From positions 1,295 through 65,294 of the forward strand of contig DAORMC010000002.1 in the NCBI GenBank assembly GCA_035440305.1: 64,000 nt of DNA, read 5' to 3'. The number at the start of each line of letters is the position of its first letter. Positions within the stretch are counted from its first letter, which is position 1. The DNA comes from Pirellulaceae bacterium. Its GTDB lineage: Bacteria; Planctomycetota; Planctomycetia; Pirellulales; Pirellulaceae. The position numbers were made by a program, and so were the translations under genes. The notes beneath the pieces are model-generated. The model was not told the origin of the DNA. It was given only the letters and a program-made list of their open reading frames with translations, and made no database searches. Of the stretch, positions 29,226-39,500 are shown in pieces.

Positions 29226-31168
29226 TGCTCCCGAAACGTTGCCGTCCTCTGCGTTCGATCGTCGCGGCGACGCTGGTCGCTCTCGTGATGACGATCGCTA
29301 CAGGCGATGCCTCGGGCCAGGAGGACGATTCGCTCTCGTGGGATCGGAAGATCCACGGTCTCGTCGGCCGCTACTGCGTGCATTGTCATGACGGCGACGA
29401 TCCGAGCGGGAACGTCGATCTGACCGCCGAACATCCCGGTCAGATCCGCGAGCAGTTCGAGACGTGGCAGAACGCCCTCCAGGCACTGCGCGACGAAGCG
29501 ATGCCTCCGGACGACGAACGCCAGCCGAGTGCCGAAGAGCGCGATCTGATGATCCGTTTCCTCGAGTCGACGCTGCTGGAACTTGACTGCGACCAGGTCG
29601 ACGATCCGGGGCGCCCGATCCTCCGCCGTCTGAATCGGACCGAGTACGACCTGACGGTGCTCGACCTCACCGGCCTCGACCTGCGACTGGCCGATTCGTT
29701 CCCGCCCGACCCCAGCAGTTACGGATTCGACAACAACGGCGATGCGCTGACGCTCGCGCCGGTCCAGGTCGAGCAGTACGATCTGGCGGCCCAGCAGATC
29801 GTCGCCGCGCTGCTGGCCGGGAGTCCCGACGCCGACGATCCGAGCGATGCGTCGGTCGAGGCGTTTCGGCGCCTGTTCGCTCCGGCGCTCGACGACCGAG
29901 GAGCCTGGTCGCTCGACGATCCCGAATCGGCCGCTCGCGCGATCCTGTCCGACTTCGCGACGCGAGCCTATCGTCGGCCGGTCGAGCCGGAGCAGAGCGA
30001 GCGGTTGATGACGATCTTCCGTCGGGCTCGCGAAGCGGAGCGTCCGTTTCCCGATTCGATCGGCCTGGCGCTGCGCGGCATTCTCATCTCGCCGCGCTTC
30101 CTGATTCGGATCGAGCGGACCGAGCCCGATGCGATCGAGCCCTATCCGGTCGATCCGTATGATCTGGCGAGTCGCCTGAGCTACTTCCTGTGGAGTCGTC
30201 CTCCCGATGCGGCGCTGCTGGAGCGAGCGGCCGACGGCTCGTTGCAGGATCCCGAGGTGCTGCGAGCCGAGACGCTTCGGATGCTCCGTGACGATCGGAG
30301 CGATGCGCTGGTCGAACACTTCTTCGGCCAGTGGCTCGACCTGCGAGCCGTCGCGACGCATCAGCCCGACCGGGAGCGATTCCCGGAGTTCGACGAGGCG
30401 TTGCGGGGCTCGATGCTGGCCGAAACGCGCGCGGTGCTCGCCGAGATGATCCGCGAGGATCGTCCGTATGTGACGATCCTGGACGCCGACTTTACCTATG
30501 TCGATGCGAGACTGGCGCAGCTGTACGGACTGGAGGGAGAGTTCGACGAGCGGCTGACGCGGGTTTCGCTGACCGATCGTCGACGAGGAGGGGTGCTCAC
30601 CAGCGCCGCACTCCTGATGACGCAATCCGATCCGCAGCGAGTCAACGTGCCGCGGCGAGGGAACTTCATCGCAGGACGGATCCTCGGATCGCCTCCGCCC
30701 CCACCGCCCCCCGACGTACCGCCGCTGGACGAGGCGACGGCCGACGACGGCTCGCTGACGCTCCGCGAACGGTTCGAGCGGCATCGGAGTCGTCCCGAGT
30801 GCATGGGCTGTCACTCGAAGATCGATCCGCTCGGCTTTGCGCTGCAGAACTTCGATGCGATCGGGCGATGGAACGACGTCGAAGCGGGCAAGCCGATCGA
30901 TGCCTCGGGGACGCTCCCCGACGGCCGTTCGTTCGACGGCCCTGAGGCGTTCAAGGAGCTGTTACTGGCGGAACGCGAGACGTTCGCGCGGACGTTGTCC
31001 GAGAACCTGCTGATCTACGCCCTCGGCCGAGGGCTGCATCCGAGCGATCGCTGCACGATCGATCGGATGCTCGAAGCGAGTCGCGAGAAGGAGGGTGCGT
31101 TCTCGGAACTGATCGTCCAGATCGTGCTGAGTCGCCCGTTCCGCTATCGAAGGAATCCGGAAGACTGA
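29225..31168 (+). CDS. DUF1592/DUF1588/DUF1585-family protein with an N-terminal planctomycete cytochrome-c (PSCyt-like) motif
   Basis: The ATG overlaps the upstream stop by 1 nt (TGATG at 29223-29227). 'YCVHCHDGDDPSGNVDL' near the N-terminus and 'PECMGCHSKIDPLGFALQNFDAIGRW' near the C-terminus. Confidence 0.8.
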   Translation: MLPKRCRPLRSIVAATLVALVMTIATGDASGQEDDSLSWDRKIHGLVGRYCVHCHDGDDPSGNVDLTAEHPGQIREQFETWQNALQALRDEAMPPDDERQPSAEERDLMIRFLESTLLELDCDQVDDPGRPILRRLNRTEYDLTVLDLTGLDLRLADSFPPDPSSYGFDNNGDALTLAPVQVEQYDLAAQQIVAALLAGSPDADDPSDASVEAFRRLFAPALDDRGAWSLDDPESAARAILSDFATRAYRRPVEPEQSERLMTIFRRAREAERPFPDSIGLALRGILISPRFLIRIERTEPDAIEPYPVDPYDLASRLSYFLWSRPPDAALLERAADGSLQDPEVLRAETLRMLRDDRSDALVEHFFGQWLDLRAVATHQPDRERFPEFDEALRGSMLAETRAVLAEMIREDRPYVTILDADFTYVDARLAQLYGLEGEFDERLTRVSLTDRRRGGVLTSAALLMTQSDPQRVNVPRRGNFIAGRILGSPPPPPPPDVPPLDEATADDGSLTLRERFERHRSRPECMGCHSKIDPLGFALQNFDAIGRWNDVEAGKPIDASGTLPDGRSFDGPEAFKELLLAERETFARTLSENLLIYALGRGLHPSDRCTIDRMLEASREKEGAFSELIVQIVLSRPFRYRRNPED

Positions 31169-31169
31169 C

Positions 31170-31334
31170 GGTCCCCGTGCCTCCCAGCCCGCAGCGTCAG
31201 CAACGGGCCCCCGTGCCTCCCCAGCCCGCAGCGTCAGCAAGGGGTCCCCCGTGCCTCCCAGCCCGCAGCGCCAGCAAGGGGTCACCGTGCCTCCCAGCCC
31301 GAAGCGCCAAGCGCAGGGGTCCCCGTGCCTTCGG
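31170..31334. repeat. Tandem repeat, about 4.5 x 36-38 bp (GGTCCCCGTGCCTCCCAGCCCGCAGCGTCAGCAAGG)
   Basis: Units at 31170-31205, 31206-31242, 31243-31279 and 31280-31317, plus a partial unit at 31318-31334. The array starts 2 nt after the stop codon of the DUF1592 gene. Confidence 0.9.
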
Positions 31335-31649
31335 CAACAGAAAGGCTGCGACCGGGGGCGGTCGCACGACGAACGTGGCCGCGGGCACTCCGTGCCCGAG
31401 GGTAGGTTTCGCTCGGACGCCGATCGCGCTTCGAGGCTGGTCAGGTATCGCAGCGAAGCCTTGCCTCGGCCACGGAAGTTCGGACCTGCCACCGCGGTCG
31501 GTCGCACTACGTCGCAGCGATCGACGAACGACAAGGCGAAGCTGCGGGGGCCGCCCACAAACACTTTGAAGCTCGGTAAACCAAGATGCCGGCCCAGTCA
31601 GCTTCAGCCATCCGTTATGCCAAACTCTGACTGACGAACAATGGAACAC

Positions 31650-32864
31650 CTACACTGACTTGAGCTCCTCAAAATGTGTAGTTGCATGGGCGAGATCCAG
31701 TCGGGGAAACTTGTACTGCGAATTTGAATCGCGGACAAACCGATCTAGGGCCAGAACCACAAAGCTGCGCGGATCGCTTATCCCAACTGGAAACCCTGTG
31801 ACGTGGCAATTTTTACCGTTAAGCAACTCTGTGTTAAGCCCCCAGGACTGGCCTTTCGCCTCGACGAGCTTAAGCATGGGGGTCTCGCAGATATAAGTTA
31901 GCGGCGTCATGGCCAAACCATCATTTTGCCCAGTGAAAAGAACGCAACGCATGCGAAGGGGCTCAGCGTTGCGTGGCAACAGCCACGTGAAGAACGCATC
32001 TGGCGCAACTGGCTTTCTTATTATTACGCTTTGGTCCACAACGAAATAGTGGCACAATTCCTTACTTGACGGCATGGGCTGGGACTGAAAACGCGAAGGC
32101 CCCTCAGTCCAGCGCTCGGCAAAAAGCGTAGCCTGATAGTGAATCGTCAATAGCCCGGTTAACTTGTAAAACTGCTCAAGTACGTCGTGATCGCGTGTCA
32201 ATATTGTAGTATTCCTGCCGGCAGCAAGGGTAACCATGGCAGCCGTCGCGACCAGCTCTTCATCCGTGAAAACATTCGCGCCAACGGAAATCTCTCGCTG
32301 ACCTTTCCGAAAGATATGGAAATCTCGTTCGTTGCCCGCTTTTTGAAAGAGCGTGTTTAGCTCCTCCGATGAAGGCTGGCGACCCTGATTCGCGACGAAT
32401 TCATCGACGAAGGACTGTGCTCTTCGCTTCCTTTCTGCGAGGACGTTAACATACCAGTTTCGAAATACTCCGCATGGCACTCCCCACGCAGCATCTTCAT
32501 CAAAAAGGATCGTGGAGCTGACCGCCTCCTTGGCGTCATTGAAGACGGGAACCATGTGTCCGTTGTAGAACGGATTTGACCTCCAAGGCAAAAGTTCCTT
32601 CCAAACACCGGTGGTCATCGTAATGCGTTTCTGCCCGAGCGCGTCCCAAACGGTTTGCTTAACTTGATGGTCTGTGAAGAAGTTCGTATCAAGAAAGTAG
32701 TCGTGAGTGTCCTGGTCACCGGCGATGAATTCGGCTACCTGATCATAAGACACATGGAGCTTCTCCTGAACCAGCGGATAAAAAAGGCGATGTGGCGCAG
32801 TTCCGGCTGGCCGGGGCTGGGTCTTCTCAAGGATGAATCGGATCGTTTGGCTTTGCCTGGGCAT
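31650..32864 (-). CDS. PIN-like nuclease-fold protein with an unrecognised ~165-aa C-terminal domain, in a low-GC insertion
   Basis: Start at ATG 32864 (MPRQSQT); the 32924 start would overlap the upstream gene. The acidic PIN signature is read in order: 'YFLDTNFF', 'GVWKELLPW', 'FTDEELVATAAM', 'TTILTRDHDVLEQF'. It is the only long ORF in the low-GC stretch. Confidence 0.65.
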   Translation of the reverse strand: MPRQSQTIRFILEKTQPRPAGTAPHRLFYPLVQEKLHVSYDQVAEFIAGDQDTHDYFLDTNFFTDHQVKQTVWDALGQKRITMTTGVWKELLPWRSNPFYNGHMVPVFNDAKEAVSSTILFDEDAAWGVPCGVFRNWYVNVLAERKRRAQSFVDEFVANQGRQPSSEELNTLFQKAGNERDFHIFRKGQREISVGANVFTDEELVATAAMVTLAAGRNTTILTRDHDVLEQFYKLTGLLTIHYQATLFAERWTEGPSRFQSQPMPSSKELCHYFVVDQSVIIRKPVAPDAFFTWLLPRNAEPLRMRCVLFTGQNDGLAMTPLTYICETPMLKLVEAKGQSWGLNTELLNGKNCHVTGFPVGISDPRSFVVLALDRFVRDSNSQYKFPRLDLAHATTHFEELKSV

Positions 32865-32877
32865 CGTGATTTCCGGC

Positions 32878-34071
32878 TCATGTGATTCGCCTGTGGGCCA
32901 TCGCTGTCGGAGTCTGCGCGGCACAACCGAGGCGTCTTGCCTTGATCCGGCAGTACGGCGGGAGCGTATCGGCGAGGTGGGCGATCGATCCGCATGGAGC
33001 CCAGACGTCGCTTCGCAACGGTTCGTGGAATCCCTCGATCACGAACCCGACTCGGCAGAGTTCTCCGAGGAGCGTTCCGAGCGAGTGCGCGAACTCGATC
33101 GTCTCGGGTTCGCGGAGCGGGCTGATCGTCCCCTTGCCCTCGTCGCCGATCGACGGCAACACGGTCCGCCGATCGAGTTCGTATCGTTCGCGCTGCGGAT
33201 TCCAGACGGCTCGAAGCGCTTCCGGCATCTTATGCTGCGACACGTACGAGCCGCCGGTTCGGAGCACGCGATGCACCTCGCGATACGCCGTCGTCACGTC
33301 GGGCAGATAGCTGGTCAGGACCGGCTGAACGACGATGTCGATCGACTCGGATTCGATCATGGTCAGGGCGTCGGCCGAGGCGACGAACGACCGAAGAGAA
33401 ATCCCGAGCCTGTCCGCCTGACTCCGATCCCGCTCCAGCTGACTCGGACTCAGATCGACTACCGTCACGATCGCGCCGGCCATCGCGTACAGCGCCGCAT
33501 GAGTTCCACCCGCTCCGCCGAGCAGCAACAGTCGCTTCCCGTCGAGCCGTTCGTCGCGGAGCCACGGATCGAGTCCCGCGACGGCCTGCTCGCGAGTCAA
33601 TTCGGGAATCGTTTCGGCCGCGAAGCGAGGATCGTTCGACAGCCGGTCCCACGCGATCCGGTTCCGCTCGATCGCCATCGCCCGATCGACGAATGTCTCG
33701 TCGGATGCGGTCATCAGCGCCGCGACCGCTTCGGCAAGCGTCGGCGGATCCCCCGTTTCGAGTCGACGCTGAACCAATTCGATCGGACTTGCGATCCGGC
33801 CGGCGAGTTCGATGCGCGGGGGAACCGGTTCTCGAAGACCGACCCATCGCGCTCCCGCCCCCCGGCACAGCATCTCGCCCAGCCGAAATCCGACGGCGAC
33901 CGCCAGGCTCCCGAGCCCCTCGTCATCCGAACCGGCACACGCCGTCTCGATCAGCCGGTCCAACTCGGCGACCGTCTGCGGAGCGGGCAAGTGCAGCTGC
34001 CGAGCGATGTCGTCGACGCCGGCCGCGACGGCTCGGATCGTCCGCAGATGATCAGGATCGACGGCACTCAT
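32878..34071 (-). CDS. Class I SAM-dependent methyltransferase with a ~170-aa N-terminal extension
   Basis: Start at ATG 34071 (MSAVDPD). Motif I 'RLLLLGGAGGTHAALYAMAGAIVTVVDLS', post-I acidic residue, and 'IDIVVQPVLTSYLPD ... VLRTGGSYV'. Confidence 0.8.
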   Translation of the reverse strand: MSAVDPDHLRTIRAVAAGVDDIARQLHLPAPQTVAELDRLIETACAGSDDEGLGSLAVAVGFRLGEMLCRGAGARWVGLREPVPPRIELAGRIASPIELVQRRLETGDPPTLAEAVAALMTASDETFVDRAMAIERNRIAWDRLSNDPRFAAETIPELTREQAVAGLDPWLRDERLDGKRLLLLGGAGGTHAALYAMAGAIVTVVDLSPSQLERDRSQADRLGISLRSFVASADALTMIESESIDIVVQPVLTSYLPDVTTAYREVHRVLRTGGSYVSQHKMPEALRAVWNPQRERYELDRRTVLPSIGDEGKGTISPLREPETIEFAHSLGTLLGELCRVGFVIEGFHEPLRSDVWAPCGSIAHLADTLPPYCRIKARRLGCAAQTPTAMAHRRIT

Positions 34072-34341
34072 GGTCCGGATTCGACGAGGGACTCGGTCAT
34101 GGCGTCCGAACGGTTCGGACGTTCGGCTCGCCGCTACTCTACCGTCCGCCTCGTCGGTGCTGACGATCGGATTGCGGGAACCGGCAGGGAAGGGGACCGG
34201 AAACGCGAAAGCACCTTCCTGCCACTCACGCCGAACTTGAATGTCGACCTGATGGCCGTCACGCTGACGATCGCTCGACGAATCGAATGACGCGATGCGA
34301 GTCGATCGAGCCGAACATACGCAACGAACCGGAGACGAGCG

Positions 34342-34839
34342 ATGCAGATTCCCGAACCGAGTCCCGAACATCTCTGGCTATCGCGACTGGTCGGCGAGTG
34401 GACGATTCGCGGCGAGTACCGGATGGGCCCCGATCAGCCGACGACCGAAACGACCGGTCGCGAATCGGTTCGATCGCTCGGCAAGCTCTGGACGATCGGC
34501 GAGTGGTTCAGCGGCGGCGATGCCGCCGAATGCGATTCGATCATGACGCTCGGTTTCGATCCGCGGCAAGACCGCTTCGTCGGCACCTTCGTCACCGGCG
34601 CAATGACGCATCTCTGGCCCTACGTAGGGACCCTCGATCCCGAATCGAGACGTCTGACGCTCGACTCGGAGGGGCCGGACTTTCTGGGCGGAAAAGGGAT
34701 GAGTCGCTATCAGGACATCATCGAGTTCCAGGACGATGACCATCGGACGCTGACCGCTCGCGTGCTCGGCTCGGATGGAGAATGGCGAACGTTCATGACG
34801 ACGCATGCCCGACGAATCCGAAACGACTCGAACGTCTGA
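34342..34839 (+). CDS. DUF1579 domain-containing protein
   Basis: 165 aa. 'PEPSPEHLWLSRLVGEWTIRGE' at the N-terminus and the overall size match the DUF1579 family pattern. Confidence 0.7.
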   Translation: MQIPEPSPEHLWLSRLVGEWTIRGEYRMGPDQPTTETTGRESVRSLGKLWTIGEWFSGGDAAECDSIMTLGFDPRQDRFVGTFVTGAMTHLWPYVGTLDPESRRLTLDSEGPDFLGGKGMSRYQDIIEFQDDDHRTLTARVLGSDGEWRTFMTTHARRIRNDSNV

Positions 34840-34994
34840 CCTTCAGGTCCGAAAGCGGCGGCCTCACGCGGGACGTCGAACGCTCATGACGGCCGCTGGC
34901 TCCGGGGGGCGGCTCGATACATACTCGCGGTGGCCGACGAGCGATCGATCGGATCAGTCGTGGTTTCGCTGGATGGGTATCGGGGAGTTCGGAC

Positions 34995-36416
34995 GTGAAC
35001 GGACGGGTCTTCGCATCGACGGGTTCGGACCGACCTCGCGAATCGGGCGAGGCGATCGGCCTCGCCCGGCTCGGTCGATGGTCGCTGCTGCTGGCGACCT
35101 TGATCGGCTGCTCGGAACCCAACGCCTATCAGCCTCCCCCGCCACCGACCGTTTCGGTCGCTCTGCCGGTTCGAGCGACGGTCGTCGACTATCTCGAGGA
35201 GGTCGGCACGACCGAGGCGGTGGAGCGCGCCGAGATTCGGGCGCGCGTTCGCGGTGTCCTGGTCGAGCAGCTCTTCGAGCCCGGTAAGGAAGTCACCGCG
35301 GGGAGCCCGCTGTTCCGGATCGAACGAGCCGAGTACGAAGCGGCTCGCGATGCCGCTCGGGCCGCGGTCGACGGCGCCGAGGCGAACCGCGCCGCGGCTG
35401 TCGCGTCGATCGCCGTGGCCGATGCGGGGCTGCAGGAGGTCGCTGCCGCCGTCGAGCAGACCGAAGCCGAATTCGCTCGCCAGGAACGACTGCTCGCCGA
35501 GCGATCGACTTCGCCGAGCGAGCGGGATCGAGCCAAGGCCGCTCGCGATTCGGCTCTCGCGCAGCGTCAGAGCTTCGAGGCGCGACGACGAGCGGCGGAG
35601 GCGGATCAGCTGAAGGCCGAGGCGGCGATGTCTCAGGCGGCGGCCGAACTCCAGCGGGCAGAACTCGATCTGACCTACACCGAGGTGACCGCCACGATCG
35701 GCGGCAAGATCACCGTCTCGGACATCAAGCTCGGCAACCTGGTCGAACCGGGCGATCGTCTGGCGACCATCGTCCGTCCGACGCCGATCTGGACTCGTTT
35801 TCGAGTCGACGAACGGACCGTCCTGGCGCTCGAGGCGATGCGACGCCGCAACGGCGAGCAGCGCGATCTGCGCGACATCCCGGTCGGACTGCAGCGTGCC
35901 GGCGATCGCGAGTTCCCGATCGCCGGGCATCTGGATTACGTCGACCAGGAGGGAATCGATCGGAGTACCGGAACGCTCGAGGTTCGGGCGCTCTTTCCGA
36001 ACGAGGAAGGTCTGCTGATGCCGGGCCTGTTCGTGCGACTTCGCGTGCCGATCGGTCGCTTCGAGAACGCGCTGCTGGTACCGGCGACCGCGGTCGGGCG
36101 CGATCCGATCGGAACCTATCTGCTGGTCGCGATCGACGGCAAGGTGCAACGCCGCTCGGTCGAGACCGGACCGAAGGTCGGTCCGCTGATCGTGATCCGC
36201 AGCGGCGTCGAGGCGAACGACCAGGTGATCGTCGACGGTCTGCAGCGCGCCCGCCCCGGAGCCGAAGTAACGACCGAGCTGAAGACGCTCCCGGCACCAC
36301 AAGGGGACGAGTCGACCGACGTCGAAGCGAACGGTTCGCCCGGCGCTTCCGACTCGGTCGCTCCTCCCGCCGGCGCCTCGGCTCCCGTCTCGAGCGCGAA
36401 CGAGTCGAATGCCTGA
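34995..36416 (+). CDS. Efflux RND transporter periplasmic adaptor (membrane-fusion protein)
   Basis: Lipoprotein-like 'LLLATLIGCSEP'. It has a long coiled-coil hairpin (AAAVASIAVADAGLQE ... AEADQLKAEAAMSQAAAELQRAELDL), 'TYTEVTATIGGKI' and 'PATAV' blocks. It sits directly upstream of the RND permease. Confidence 0.85.
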   Translation: MNGRVFASTGSDRPRESGEAIGLARLGRWSLLLATLIGCSEPNAYQPPPPPTVSVALPVRATVVDYLEEVGTTEAVERAEIRARVRGVLVEQLFEPGKEVTAGSPLFRIERAEYEAARDAARAAVDGAEANRAAAVASIAVADAGLQEVAAAVEQTEAEFARQERLLAERSTSPSERDRAKAARDSALAQRQSFEARRRAAEADQLKAEAAMSQAAAELQRAELDLTYTEVTATIGGKITVSDIKLGNLVEPGDRLATIVRPTPIWTRFRVDERTVLALEAMRRRNGEQRDLRDIPVGLQRAGDREFPIAGHLDYVDQEGIDRSTGTLEVRALFPNEEGLLMPGLFVRLRVPIGRFENALLVPATAVGRDPIGTYLLVAIDGKVQRRSVETGPKVGPLIVIRSGVEANDQVIVDGLQRARPGAEVTTELKTLPAPQGDESTDVEANGSPGASDSVAPPAGASAPVSSANESNA

Positions 36417-36536
36417 TTGCGACTCGACCGAGTCATGCGGCTGATCGGCAAGGCCACCGATCGGCAATGCCTCCGAACGGCCGGCGATCCGCCGAGCCCT
36501 CCGTATCCCGAACCATCTCCCGCTGGGATTCCGACC

Positions 36537-39500
36537 GTGTCCCGATTCTTCATTCGGCGTCCGATCTTCGCGTCGGTGATCTCGATCGTGATCGTGATCG
36601 CAGGACTCGTCGCTCAGAGCTCGCTTCCGGTCGCGAAGTACCCCGAAATCTCGCCGCCGACCGTTCAGGTCCGCGCGATCTATCCGGGCGCGAATGCGCG
36701 CGTCGTCGCCGAGACGGTCGCGGCCGTGATCGAGAAGGAGGTGAACGGCGTCGAAGGGATGCTCTACATGTCGTCGGTCAGCGGCGACGACGGGTCGTAC
36801 GTCCTGACGGTCACCTTCGACATCGGCGTCGATCTCGACATGGCGACCGTGCTGGTTCAGAACCGAGTCGCGATCGCCGAATCGCGGCTCCCCGAAGAAG
36901 CGCGTCGCCAGGGAGTGACGACCAAGAAGCAGTCGACCGCCATTCTGCAGTTCGTGGCCCTTGTTTCGGATCGCCCCGAGCACGACGGTCTCTTTCTGAG
37001 CAACGTCGCGCTTCGCGAGATCCGAGACGAACTGACTCGGATCGATGGTGTCGGCGACGTGGTCGTGTTCGGAGTCGGCGACTACGGCATGCGAGTCTGG
37101 CTCGATCCGCCCAGGCTACGAGCCCTTTCGCTGACCGCCGGCGACGTCGTCGCCGCCATTCGCGAGCAGAACGTGCAGGTGGCGGCCGGCCGTATCGGTC
37201 AGCCCCCGGCCCCCGACGGCACCCCCTACGAACTGACGGTCAACACGCGCGGGCGACTGACCGAGGCCGAGGAGTTCGCCGACCTGATCGTCAAGTCAGG
37301 TTCCGATGGCCAGACGGTCCGTGTCCGCGACGTTGCGCGCGTCGAACTGGCAGCGCAGAATCTCCGCTACGCGTCGAAGTTCCGCGGCCAGCCGAGCGCG
37401 TCGCTGGCGATCTATCAGCTGCCGGGAGCCAACGCGCTCGATGTGGCGGCCGAGGTGCGGCGAACGATGGAGCGACTGGCGACCGGATTGCCGGAAGGGG
37501 TCAGCTATCGGATTCCGTTCGACAGTACCGCCTTCGTCAACGCCGCGATCTCGGAGGTCTACGTCACGCTGTTCCAGGCGGTGGCCCTCGTCGTACTGGT
37601 GATCTTCGTCTTTCTGCAGGATTGGCGCACCACGCTGATTCCGTGCGCCGCCATTCCGGTGTCGCTGATCGGCATCTTCGCCGTGATGGCGGGGGTCGGC
37701 TACTCGATCAACATGATCACGCTGTTCGGAGTCGTCTTGGCGATCGGCATCGTCGTCGACGATGCGATCGTGGTGGTCGAGAACGTCGCGCGACTGATCG
37801 ACTCGGGCATGAAACCTCGTGACGCCGCGGAACGAGCGATGGAAGAGATCACCGGACCGGTGATCGCCACGACGCTGGTCCTGCTGGCGGTCTTCATTCC
37901 GACCGCCTTTCTCGGCGGGATCGTCGGCCAGCTCTATCGTCAGTTCGCGCTCACGATCTCGGGAGCGGTGGTGATCAGCACGATCAACGCGCTCACGCTG
38001 AGTCCCGCACTCTGCGGTCTGCTGATGCGTCCGACACCGAAACGGAAGTTCTTCCTGTTCGAACGCTTCGATCGGGCCTTCGACGTCGCGGCGAACGGCT
38101 ACGAGCGACTGACCCGAGTCGTGTTGCGGAAGATCGGCGTGACGATGGTCCTCTTTCTCGCGCTGCTGATGCTGACCGGTTGGGGCTTCGGGCGTCTGCC
38201 GACCGGGTTCCTGCCGACGGAGGATCAGGGTTACTGCTTCATCAATCTGCAGCTCCCCGATGCCGCGTCGCTCGAACGGACCGAAGGGGTGCTCGAACAG
38301 GTCGAAGCGGCTCTGGGCAAGACGCCGGGAGTGCGGGATTGGCTGACGATCGGCGGCTACTCGATGCTCAGCGGCACGAGCGCCAGCAATTCGGGCTTCG
38401 CGCTCGTGATCTTCGAGCCGTGGGACGAACGGACGTCTCCCGAGACGCGACAGGAAGCGATCGTGGGGCAACTGCGTCGTTCGCTCTCGACGATCCGCGG
38501 CGGCATCGGAATCGCCTTCACGCCGCCGCCGATCGACGGCTTGGGAAACGCCGGCGGCTTTCAGCTGCAGATTCTCGATCGGAGCGATCTCGGGCCGGTC
38601 GAACTCGCCAAGCTCGCTCGCGAAATGGTCGACGACGGCAATGCCCAGTCGGGCCTCCGCAATCTGAACACGACGTTCCGCGCCACCGTTCCGCAGCTCT
38701 ATGTCGATGTCGATCGGACCAAGGTCAAGTCGCTCGACGTACCGCTCGACCAGGTCTTCGCGACGCTGCAGACCAGTCTCGGATCGTCCTACGCCAACGA
38801 CTTCAATGCGTTCGGTCAGACGTATCAGGTGCGGGTCCAGGCGGATCACGGTTATCGAGCCGAACCGGAGGATATCCTGCGTCTGGATGTCCGGAGTCGC
38901 TCGGGAGCGATGATTCCGCTCGGGGCCCTGGCCGAGGTGCGCGACGATTTCGGTCCTCAGTCGATCGTCCGCTACAACAACGCACCGAGCGCCGCCGTGA
39001 CCGGCGAACCGGCTCCCGGACGCAGTTCGGGGCAGGCGATGGACCTGATGGAGCAGATGGCCGAAGCGAAGTTTCCGTCCGGGGTCGGCTATGCCTGGAC
39101 CGGCATGGCCTTCCAGGAACGTGAGGCGGGATCGCCGCTGGGGATCTTCGCCCTCGCCGTCGTCTTCGTCTTTCTGGTCCTCGCGGCTCAGTACGAGAGC
39201 TGGTCGATGCCGGCGGCGGTGATCGCCGTCGTTCCGCTGTCGGTGCTCGGAGTCGTCGTGGCGCTGGCGACCGGCGGCATGGACAACAACACCTACACCC
39301 AGATCGGCATCGTGCTCCTGGTGGCCCTCGCCAGCAAGAACGCGATTCTGATCGTCGAGTTCGCGGCCGAAGAGCGACGGCGAGGACTGTCGATCATCGA
39401 AGCGGCCGCCAACGCGGCTCGATTGAGATTCCGCCCGATCCTGATGACCGCGCTTTCGTCGGTCCTGGGATTCCTGCCGCTGCTGACTGCGAGCGGAGCG

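Noticed and set aside
27533-31334. The tandem repeats at 27533-27644 and 31170-31334 as CRISPR arrays
   Set aside because: The units are directly abutting with no unique spacers, the unit lengths are 16 and 37 bp with drift, and no cas genes lie nearby. They are simple tandem repeats.
31560-32880. The low-GC stretch as an IS element or prophage remnant
   Set aside because: There is no transposase or integrase ORF, no convincing terminal inverted repeats, and no target-site duplication (only a weak gtgggc match). I report it as an insertion of unknown mechanism.
32865-32924. Longer start (32924) for the PIN-like ORF
   Set aside because: It would overlap the methyltransferase 3' end by 47 nt and lies in high-GC DNA. 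ATG 32864 sits at the composition break.
34884-38849. Minus-strand ORFs of 699 aa (34884-36983) and 517 aa (37296-38849)
   Set aside because: They are antisense to the RND adaptor and permease genes, whose identity is certain. This is a composition artefact.
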